A DNA stretch of 64,000 bases. Origin: Anaerolineales bacterium UBA3499 (GTDB lineage: Bacteria; Chloroflexota; Anaerolineae; Anaerolineales; UBA11657). Shown here piece by piece: positions 39,404-46,907 of the stretch. The notes below the pieces were generated by a model that was not told where the DNA came from, did no database searches, and saw only the letters and a program-made list of their open reading frames with translations. Every line of letters starts with the position of its first letter. Positions within the stretch are counted from its first letter, which is position 1. The DNA lies in NCBI GenBank assembly GCA_002377585.1, contig DFQC01000025.1, positions 1,117-65,116 of the forward strand. Reading direction: 5' to 3'. The translations under genes were made by a program, and so were the position numbers.

Positions 39404-39751
39404 ATGTCAAACAACAACAATAGCGACTTTGGTGCATTTTTTTCTGGATTTGTCATTGGTGGACTTGTTGGAGCAGCAGTTGCCCTAGTTCTGGCTCCAC
39501 AGAGTGGTCAAGAAACCCGTACCCAAATCCGTCAAAAAGGAGTAGAACTGAAAGAGCAAGGTGCGAACAGTTGGTACAGTGCTAAAGAAAGAGCACAGCA
39601 TGCAGCCGAAGATGGCAAAATGCGAGCTGCAGAAATGGCTTCTGAGATGCGAAACAAGGCTGAAGAAATAGTCCGCGAAGCTGCAAAAACTGCCACAAAA
39701 AAGGCGCGCGGTACCAAAAAATCTAGTAATACTAATAAAGATACCGATTAA
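39404..39751 (+). CDS. YtxH-family protein
   Basis: FFSGFVIGGLVGAAVALVLAPQSGQETR is the YtxH glycine-zipper/APQSG signature. The rest is a charged helix. Confidence 0.7.
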   Translation: MSNNNNSDFGAFFSGFVIGGLVGAAVALVLAPQSGQETRTQIRQKGVELKEQGANSWYSAKERAQHAAEDGKMRAAEMASEMRNKAEEIVREAAKTATKKARGTKKSSNTNKDTD

Positions 39752-39754
39752 AAC

Positions 39755-41401
39755 TTAGGGTCGAGAATCAACTTGGGACATAACAGATGAAATAGCCTTA
39801 GGGGTCATATCAAGCACATCACTAGCAAGTACACTTGCTGTCGTACCTACCTCTGACAAGGCTATTGTTCCTGCTAGGCCATGTAAAAAAGTTCCGACTA
39901 TAGCAGCTTGATAAGCTTGCATTCCCTGCGCAAGAAGTCCTGCAATCACGCCAGCCAACACATCTCCAGTCCCTGCGCAAGCTAGTGCTGAAGTAGCGAA
40001 AGGATTGACACTAACATCACCCTCAGGTGTAGCCACCACAGTAAAAGCACCCTTGAGAACAATAATATGTCCCCATTCGGCCGCAAAGCGACTAGCCATA
40101 CCAATCCGATCTGATTGTATATCATCTATTGACAGTCCGGTAAGAAAAGCCATCTCACCAGGATGCGGAGTAAGAACAGAATTCTCTGGCAAACGCAAAT
40201 ACCATTCCGGCAAATCTGCCAGTAATCTCAAACCATCAGCGTCGACTACTGTAGGAGGTAATTGCACTATATCGAATTCAGCATTAGTGTTACCCTTACT
40301 TTTAACAGCAAAACCTATACCTCCACTTACATCATCTTGAACAGATGAAAATATTCCATGTATGAAATCTGCTGTTGGCCTTTCAGTACCCAAACCAGGA
40401 CCAAGCAACAATGAATCGACTTTTTCAAATGCTTGACGAAGAATAGAAACTCCAGAATCAGAAATTACACCCATATCGCTAGGTAAAATTATATAAGTAG
40501 CCTCTGGCAACTGTGAAGCAACAATCCCATGAATAATGCCTGGCACAGCGACAGTCACCAAACCTGTACCCACCCTATACGCGCCTGCTGCAGCCAAATA
40601 AGCTGCTCCGGAGTAATTAATTGATCCAGCCACTACTAGAGCAGTACCAAAAGTGCCTTTATGAGAGTCACGTGACCGTTCAGGTATCATTGAGCCAACA
40701 TCCGCTCCGGAAGCCAGATTTAATTGTATTGAATCAAGTGCGGACAAGTCTGAGGGCCACCCTATATCAGCTAAAACCAATTCTCCAACTGCATTTGCTC
40801 CTGGAAATATAAATTGACCGATCTTCGCTGCCCCAAAAGTAATACTAACATCAGCATACAAAGTATTATCATCAACCACACCCGTATCACAATCCAAACC
40901 GGATGGACAATCAACTGCAACACGCAATACTTCGCGTCCATCCAATTCAACTGATGCAACTCCTAACATTTTAGCTGCCATGCTCTTGAGTGGAACTCTA
41001 GCACCAGTACCGAATATGGCATCTATGAAAACATTTGCTCTACGAATTTCCCTTATATATGTCTCCATTTCATAATCATCTTCTGGGGTAATCACGGTAG
41101 CACCAGCCAGCAAAGCTTTTTGCTGATTATCAGCATTATTATCATTCGTATTTATAGTAAAAACATTGACACTGGCACCAGACGCAGCTAATAACCTGGC
41201 AACAACAAATCCGTCTCCTCCATTGTTTCCAGGACCCGTAACAACCACAAAACTTTTGGAGGGTACATCGGTAATTCTCTCGCATATATGCTCAAACACG
41301 GCACTACCTGCCATTTCCATCATATGATCATAGGACACACCGCAAGAAAATGCTTCAGACTCAAGCATATGCATTTGTTCAACAGTAACTATTTTTGGCA
41401 T
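39755..41401 (-). CDS. nnr: Bifunctional NAD(P)H-hydrate repair enzyme Nnr (epimerase plus ADP-dependent dehydratase)
   Basis: YjeF_N motif VVTGPGNNGGDGFVVAR. C-terminal kinase-like domain HKGTFG.., GTGDVLAGVIAGLLAQG. Confidence 0.9.
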   Translation of the reverse strand: MPKIVTVEQMHMLESEAFSCGVSYDHMMEMAGSAVFEHICERITDVPSKSFVVVTGPGNNGGDGFVVARLLAASGASVNVFTINTNDNNADNQQKALLAGATVITPEDDYEMETYIREIRRANVFIDAIFGTGARVPLKSMAAKMLGVASVELDGREVLRVAVDCPSGLDCDTGVVDDNTLYADVSITFGAAKIGQFIFPGANAVGELVLADIGWPSDLSALDSIQLNLASGADVGSMIPERSRDSHKGTFGTALVVAGSINYSGAAYLAAAGAYRVGTGLVTVAVPGIIHGIVASQLPEATYIILPSDMGVISDSGVSILRQAFEKVDSLLLGPGLGTERPTADFIHGIFSSVQDDVSGGIGFAVKSKGNTNAEFDIVQLPPTVVDADGLRLLADLPEWYLRLPENSVLTPHPGEMAFLTGLSIDDIQSDRIGMASRFAAEWGHIIVLKGAFTVVATPEGDVSVNPFATSALACAGTGDVLAGVIAGLLAQGMQAYQAAIVGTFLHGLAGTIALSEVGTTASVLASDVLDMTPKAISSVMSQVDSRP

Positions 41402-41466
41402 TGATTTGGGTCCACAAAGTTTGCAGATGATACCATGCTGTCACTCATACTGACTTGTTGTAATAG

Positions 41467-41540
41467 TACCCCCGAGAGGACTTGAACCCCTAACCTGCGG
41501 ATTAGAAGTCCGCCGCTCTATCCACTTGAGCTACGGGGGC
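41467..41540 (-). tRNA. tRNA-Arg (anticodon TCT)
   Basis: Reverse complement is GCCCCCGTAGCTCAAGTGGATAGAGCGGCGGACTTCTAATCCGCAGGTTAGGGGTTCAAGTCCTCTCGGGGGTA. It has a 7-bp acceptor stem, a GCGGA/TCCGC anticodon stem with loop CT-TCT-AA, and a GGTTCAAGTCC T-arm. 74 nt, no encoded CCA. Confidence 0.9.
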
Positions 41541-41607
41541 AGGATAGAAGTTAAAATTGTACCACTACAACGCCAACTTAAATGTATATTTCAAGCAAAA
41601 TCAATAG

Positions 41608-42675
41608 CTAAAGTATTCCTAGTGGATCTTCCGGATTGACACCTGAGGTGAAAGGTATCTTACGATCAACATTGGTCAATTGATAAACAAGTCCCAGCCA
41701 ATTGTTGAACACTGCTTTACCAGTATCTCTCCAAGTATTATGTAGATACATTTGAATCTGCTCTTCTGGAAAAGGAGGTTGTACTTTACCTTGTTTTTTA
41801 GCAATCCTTACTTGTTCCTGATAATTGTCGGCAATGGCCATGGCTTCAATATCAAAATAGTTATCAGGATGAGGCGGATAATCTACAATATCATCGCTGT
41901 AAAAAAGTTGAATATCTCGCTTATACTCCTTGAGCAAGCTACCCGTATAATATTCAGGATGCCCCTGCAAATAAACCACACGAAACTGGTCTGGACTGAC
42001 AGCCATATGTACCTCACCATCACTGTTTTCCACTAAAACTCCGACGCCGACTTCTTGGAGTTGCTCACGAGTCACATCATTATGACGTGAGTGAGGAACG
42101 TCAAATCGCGTATTAATATCTCGCAAAATAGGATGTTTCGTTTCAACAACATAATGATTATATACACCCCATTTTTTTCGTTCTAACGATTTGCGATCAA
42201 TATCATATAGTTGCTTTAATAGCGCATGCGTGGCCAAACACGAACATAATACTGACGTAACATTTTCCAAAGCCCAGTTGAACACAGCATTCAATGGCTC
42301 CCAAAAAATCTGCTGGTCTAGAACAGGACTTTGTATATTAGCACCCGTAATAATAAGAGCATCTAGCCCTAAATGACGTATCTGCTCAAAATCCATGTAA
42401 TATTTATTAATATATGCCTGCGTATCCTTGCTGCGTGGTAGTCCATTTACTGAAAATGGGTGTACAAATAGTTGGGCAATTTGGTTGCAGCTACCAACTA
42501 ACCTTATAAACTGTTGTTCAGTTACACGAAGAGCGGAATCAGGCATCAAGTTAAGTAAGCCTATATGCAATTCCCGAATATCCTGGTGAGTAGCCCGATC
42601 CAAAGTTAATACGGTTTGACCATCCTGCCGTAACTTTTCAAAAGCAGGTAAAGAATTGTGAGCAACTATTGGCAT
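41608..42675 (-). CDS. metA: Homoserine O-acyltransferase MetA
   Basis: MPIVAHNSLPAFEKLRQDG.., LIITGA, SVLCSCLATHA, LQGHPEY, NNWLGLVYQ. Confidence 0.9.
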   Translation of the reverse strand: MPIVAHNSLPAFEKLRQDGQTVLTLDRATHQDIRELHIGLLNLMPDSALRVTEQQFIRLVGSCNQIAQLFVHPFSVNGLPRSKDTQAYINKYYMDFEQIRHLGLDALIITGANIQSPVLDQQIFWEPLNAVFNWALENVTSVLCSCLATHALLKQLYDIDRKSLERKKWGVYNHYVVETKHPILRDINTRFDVPHSRHNDVTREQLQEVGVGVLVENSDGEVHMAVSPDQFRVVYLQGHPEYYTGSLLKEYKRDIQLFYSDDIVDYPPHPDNYFDIEAMAIADNYQEQVRIAKKQGKVQPPFPEEQIQMYLHNTWRDTGKAVFNNWLGLVYQLTNVDRKIPFTSGVNPEDPLGIL

Positions 42676-42697
42676 GTATTTGTTTCCATTGCTTTAC

Positions 42698-43189
42698 TTA
42701 TTGTAAGCCTTCACGAACTGAGGTAATACGATTGGTATTAAATCCAAGCCAATGCATACGTCCAATGTAACGAGCATGTTCAACTTTGACGCAACGATCC
42801 ATTATTACTGACAACCCACCCTTTTCACCAATTAGTGCACCATTCTCATTGATCACTGTAAATTGACACCATAGACTAGATGCTTTAATCGCCACCGCCT
42901 CCTCAGCAATAGCAGGCAAGGCTGCAGGAGCTCTAAAGACGTTGACCATATCAACCTCAACCGGAACGTCCATAAGAGTTTCATAGCTTGCCTCCCCTAA
43001 CACCTCCGACTCACGTGGATTCACTGGAATAATTCGATATCCATGACTTTGCAGATAGGCGCCAACAAAATAACTAGCTCTTAAGACGTTACTTGAGAGA
43101 CCGACTATAGCTATCGTCTTGGTATTATGTAATAATTTCTGAATAGTGCCTTTATCCTGATATCTAGTTACATCAAATGTAGTGGTCAT
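42698..43189 (-). CDS. CoA-binding domain protein (YccU/YneT-like)
   Basis: IAIVGLSSNVLRASYFVGAYLQSHGYRIIPVNP.., VDMVNVFR. Confidence 0.8.
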   Translation of the reverse strand: MTTTFDVTRYQDKGTIQKLLHNTKTIAIVGLSSNVLRASYFVGAYLQSHGYRIIPVNPRESEVLGEASYETLMDVPVEVDMVNVFRAPAALPAIAEEAVAIKASSLWCQFTVINENGALIGEKGGLSVIMDRCVKVEHARYIGRMHWLGFNTNRITSVREGLQ

Positions 43190-43200
43190 ACTAGTTTCAC

Positions 43201-44511
43201 CTATTTGTTATCTTTACTTTGCAGTTCTAAGAAGCCTTGGTCCAAATCCCATATCAAATCATCAATTTGCTCAATCCCCACTGAAAGTCGAATAGTACCC
43301 TGACCGATCCCTGCAGCCACTAACTCTTCATCACTGAGCTGCCTATGCGTGGTGCTAGCAGGATGAATCACTAAACTTTTTGTGTCTCCTACATTTGCTA
43401 AATGGGACCATAATGTGAGACCACTGATAAAATCCTGACCAGCCTGACGACCGCCCTCTAGATCAAACGTGAACACAGCTCCAGCACCCTTCGGCAGATA
43501 TTTATTTGCTAAAACATTGTATTTGCTTCCTTCAAGACTAGGATACATGACTTTGCTTACTAGATCATGCTGGTCTAGATATTCCGCAACAGCTTTTGCA
43601 TTGGCAACATGACGATCCATACGAATTGAAAGTGTCTCCATGCCTTGCAGGAATAAGAAAGCATTTAATGGGCTCATGGCTGCACCAAGGTCACGTAAAG
43701 TTTCAGATCTTAGCTTCATCAGATATCCATACATGCCAAATGTGTCGTGAAATGCAAGACCATGGTAGGCTGGTGATGGTTCCGCTATGACTGGAAATTT
43801 GCCGTTGGACCAATTAAACTCACCTGAATCTACTACTACTCCCCCGATACTGGTCCCATGTCCACCAATAAACTTAGTCGCAGAGTGAACTACAATGTCT
43901 GCTCCCCACTCAATGGGTCGACACAGATAAGGGGAAGCAAATGTGTTATCAATCATCAATGGTATGTCATGCTCATGTGCAAGCACTGCAATTGCTTCAA
44001 TATCTAACACATTACTAGTTGGATTACCTATCGTTTCTCCATAAAAAAGTTTTGTATTATCTTGAATTGCCTGTCGCCAAGCATCAAGGTTATCAGGATC
44101 AACCCAACTCACTTCAACGGACATCTTATGAAATTGATGCTTAAATTGGTTGATAGTACCACCATAAATAGCTGTTGAGGATACTACATGATCACCGGGG
44201 TCCAACATAGTGAATAAAGCTGCTGCCTGAGCTGCAATACCACTCGCAAAACCTACTGCTCCACAGCCACCTTCCAGACTAGCAATCCGTTCCTCAAAAG
44301 CAGCTACGGTGGGATTCATTATACGAGAATAAGTATTCCCATATTCTTTTAGATCAAAATAAGATGCGGCCGATTCGGAATCTTCAAACACAAAACTGGT
44401 TGTTTGAAAGATGGGTACAGCACGGGCTCCCGTGTTTGGATCTGGTCGTGCTCCGGCATGTACCTGCCGGGTATCAAAACCAAAATCGCGACTCTTATCA
44501 AGTTTGCTCAT
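43201..44511 (-). CDS. metY: O-acetylhomoserine sulfhydrylase (MetY)
   Basis: TRQVHAG.., YSRIMNPT, DNTFASPYLCRPIEWGADIVVHSATKFIGGHGTSIGGVVV, SLGDTKSLVIHPASTTH. Confidence 0.9.
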   Translation of the reverse strand: MSKLDKSRDFGFDTRQVHAGARPDPNTGARAVPIFQTTSFVFEDSESAASYFDLKEYGNTYSRIMNPTVAAFEERIASLEGGCGAVGFASGIAAQAAALFTMLDPGDHVVSSTAIYGGTINQFKHQFHKMSVEVSWVDPDNLDAWRQAIQDNTKLFYGETIGNPTSNVLDIEAIAVLAHEHDIPLMIDNTFASPYLCRPIEWGADIVVHSATKFIGGHGTSIGGVVVDSGEFNWSNGKFPVIAEPSPAYHGLAFHDTFGMYGYLMKLRSETLRDLGAAMSPLNAFLFLQGMETLSIRMDRHVANAKAVAEYLDQHDLVSKVMYPSLEGSKYNVLANKYLPKGAGAVFTFDLEGGRQAGQDFISGLTLWSHLANVGDTKSLVIHPASTTHRQLSDEELVAAGIGQGTIRLSVGIEQIDDLIWDLDQGFLELQSKDNK

Positions 44512-44801
44512 AATTGTCCTATTGGTTACACCTTTTCTACTGATTTTTTCATTATATTAATACCTTCAGCTTGTTACTAAGACAGTTATTCTTGTAATTA
44601 CAATAATATTAATGCATCTACACCTATACTATTTCTTTAACATCCAGTAAGTAAGAAACATATTGTAACAGTATAAAACATTTGTTACTACATTTAGCAT
44701 ATGTAATAATACAATTCATAGTCCATATTTGTCTCTAGCCAGGCAAACATATATATCAAGAGTAGTCTGTGCAACAGATACATCTGCAGAATGAGTATAA
44801 A

Positions 44802-46106
44802 TCAAGACAATTCTAAATCAGGCCGACTATCCAAAAATTTAGCAATACCCAAATAATCTTGTACAGCATCCGACAACTTATTAATACCATCCTCTAACAC
44901 AGTCAAATCAGATGCTATGGATAAACGTATATAATGCTGACCCTCCGAGCCAATCTTACCAAATGACTGACGATCCAAAAAAGCTATGTTGTGATAATAG
45001 AGCGCAAACATCTGAAATAATCCTGCAGGAGATGTTTGCGCTCTATCAGTGGAGCTCAAATTAGCATAATAATCAACCAGTCCCAGCTTATTACAAACAC
45101 TGGAAATATTAGGGAAGAGATAGAATGCGCCACCAGGTTTCGTACAAGAAATCCCTGAGATCTCGTTCAATTTCTTCAATATTGCATCACGTCTGACTTG
45201 AAAAGTCTCAACCATATTACCTATACATTTTTCCGACAAATGGCTTTCCAGAGCAACTCTAGCTCCCTCCTGATTATAAGGAGGAACACAGGAAAAATAA
45301 TTGATATTGAGGTTTTTGAAGATACTTGCTTCTTCCCTGGAGGGAAATAGTGCATAGCCAATTCTGCCACCAGTCCAAGCATAAGTTTTAGAAAATCCAC
45401 TAGCAATTATAGTCCTGCTTTCCATACCTGAAACTGAGGCGATAGAGGTATGATTTTGATCATCAAACACAATATTCTCATAGATCTCATCTGAATATAC
45501 CCTAACCTCCTCAGAACATTGTTCCAGAATAACTTCAGCAATGTCTTCTAACTGTTTGTGTGATACCACTCCACCTGTAGGATTTGACGGAAAGTTTAGA
45601 TAAATCAACTTAGTTTTGGGAGTTATCAGATTCGCAAGAGCTTCCGGAGTAAAAGCAAAGTTGGATTTCTCATTTAAATGCAAAGGAATTGGCACTGCAC
45701 CTACATATCTCACAAATGACTCATAGATTGGGAATCCAGGGCTTGGATATATGACCTCATCTCCGGGATTACAGTAAACCTGCTGAGATAATCCTATAGA
45801 TGGTTTGCCACCTGGGAAAACAACTACTCTCTCAGGATCTACAACAATACCACGCGTCTCAGATATCTGATTAGATATTGCCTCTCTAAGAGTCAGCAAA
45901 CCCTGCGGGTCACAGTAATGAGTGTTGTCGAGATCTAACTGCCTCTTGATTTCATCCTTTATGTGAGTTGGTACGGGAAAGTCAGGCTCACCAAGATTTA
46001 GTTTGACGACATTACCTGATAAATGCTCAACAACATCTATATGTGGACCAATCTTGAAAGCATTTTCTGTGTCAATACTAAACGTCCTGTCAGAATAAAG
46101 TTTCAT
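44802..46106 (-). CDS. Class I/II PLP-dependent aminotransferase
   Basis: LNLGEPDFP, FPSNPTGG, SGFSKTYAWTGGRIGY (PLP Lys), R near the C-terminus. Substrate cannot be told from sequence. Confidence 0.8.
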   Translation of the reverse strand: MKLYSDRTFSIDTENAFKIGPHIDVVEHLSGNVVKLNLGEPDFPVPTHIKDEIKRQLDLDNTHYCDPQGLLTLREAISNQISETRGIVVDPERVVVFPGGKPSIGLSQQVYCNPGDEVIYPSPGFPIYESFVRYVGAVPIPLHLNEKSNFAFTPEALANLITPKTKLIYLNFPSNPTGGVVSHKQLEDIAEVILEQCSEEVRVYSDEIYENIVFDDQNHTSIASVSGMESRTIIASGFSKTYAWTGGRIGYALFPSREEASIFKNLNINYFSCVPPYNQEGARVALESHLSEKCIGNMVETFQVRRDAILKKLNEISGISCTKPGGAFYLFPNISSVCNKLGLVDYYANLSSTDRAQTSPAGLFQMFALYYHNIAFLDRQSFGKIGSEGQHYIRLSIASDLTVLEDGINKLSDAVQDYLGIAKFLDSRPDLELS

Positions 46107-46149
46107 GACCTAATGATTTTTTACTATAGAGATCATCGCTACAGTCAGA

Positions 46150-46302
46150 TTAGCCATCATCGATAGCTCTACGAAATTGTTGTTCATCCTCCTCAGTATG
46201 TTTGACCACACTTTCATCTTCCTCAGGCTTATCCCAATCTATATCTTCGTCATCTAAGTCAAGCGCATCATCAATTGAACGTTTAATCTCTTTTTCTGAC
46301 AT
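46150..46302 (-). CDS. Small highly acidic protein (50 aa), not in the ORF track
   Basis: GGGAGG (46312-46307) followed by caat and then ATG. Translation: MSEKEIKRSIDDALDLDDEDIDWDKPEEDESVVKHTEEDEQQFRRAIDDG*. It ends 43 nt upstream of the aminotransferase start on the same strand. Confidence 0.5.
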   Translation of the reverse strand: MSEKEIKRSIDDALDLDDEDIDWDKPEEDESVVKHTEEDEQQFRRAIDDG

Positions 46303-46556
46303 ATTGCCTCCCAATCAAGTTTGGCCGCTACGTACTACTACTTCAGAAACAGGCAGGTAACATATACGAATTCTATTTTACATCAAACAAGTAAATCTGC
46401 TTTCGCCAACAAGATATTTTGCCATGTATCATACAGTTTGATCACACCTAGCTATTTGAGTGTAAATAACGCGGCATCGTGTATCAGTTTCATGTAGTTA
46501 GCAATCCGTCATCACCTTCACAAGTTTAGGATTAGTTCACTCAGCAAAATTGTAGA

Positions 46557-46582
46557 ATCAAAAAATCCGCTTTGAAGCGGAT
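46557..46582 (-). terminator. Weak intrinsic terminator (ATCCGC/GCGGAT stem, T5-6 run on minus strand)
   Basis: The minus strand reads ATCCGCTTCAAAGCGGATTTTTTGA. The stem is only 6 bp. Confidence 0.3.
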
Positions 46583-46621
46583 ATTTGTTACCTCCTTTAT
46601 GTTAGTTTTGTACAAATTTTC

Positions 46622-46786
46622 CTACAATCTTGAAACTACACCTCCTAAGATACTGAAAAACTTCATTACCGACGAAACCGATCTAGGATGGTCAATCCCT
46701 ACACTTATCTCACTATATTCTGAATGCTTTTCACAATCAGTTTTGATGAGTAAGAGTAATATATTAGCTAATTCTTTAGTAAACAT
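46622..46786 (-). CDS. Candidate leaderless small ORF (54 aa)
   Basis: MFTKELANILLLLIKTDCEKHSEYSEISVGIDHPRSVSSVMKFFSILGGVVSRL*. An extended -10 element TGgTAATAT ends 6 nt before the ATG. The weak terminator lies about 40 nt after the stop. The ORF is antisense to the 77-aa track ORF. Confidence 0.25.
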   Translation of the reverse strand: MFTKELANILLLLIKTDCEKHSEYSEISVGIDHPRSVSSVMKFFSILGGVVSRL

Positions 46787-46907
46787 GACCACATATTACC
46801 AGTAATATGAACAAATTCGCATTAACCTTTGGTTAAACATTTTTAATGAAATTCGTCAAAATAATGCGATAATTAGTAATATAAATGCGAATATAAATAA
46901 CTAAAAC

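Noticed and set aside
41402-41607. tRNA-Arg as an integration site for a genomic island.
   Set aside because: There is no integrase, no partial tRNA direct repeat and no obvious compositional break. The flanking genes (nnr, metA) are core metabolism.
44754-44762. TATCAAGAG, which resembles the 5' end of SAM-I riboswitches, near the met genes.
   Set aside because: It lies on the plus strand while the met genes are on the minus strand. The rest of the SAM-I core (GGGA..GGCCC..CCCGGCAACC) is absent.
46572-46805. 77-aa plus-strand ORF with a TTG start in the sparsely coding region.
   Set aside because: The TTG start lies inside a hairpin loop. There is no SD and the composition looks random. 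The opposite strand holds an ORF with promoter and terminator context, though that one is itself only weakly supported.
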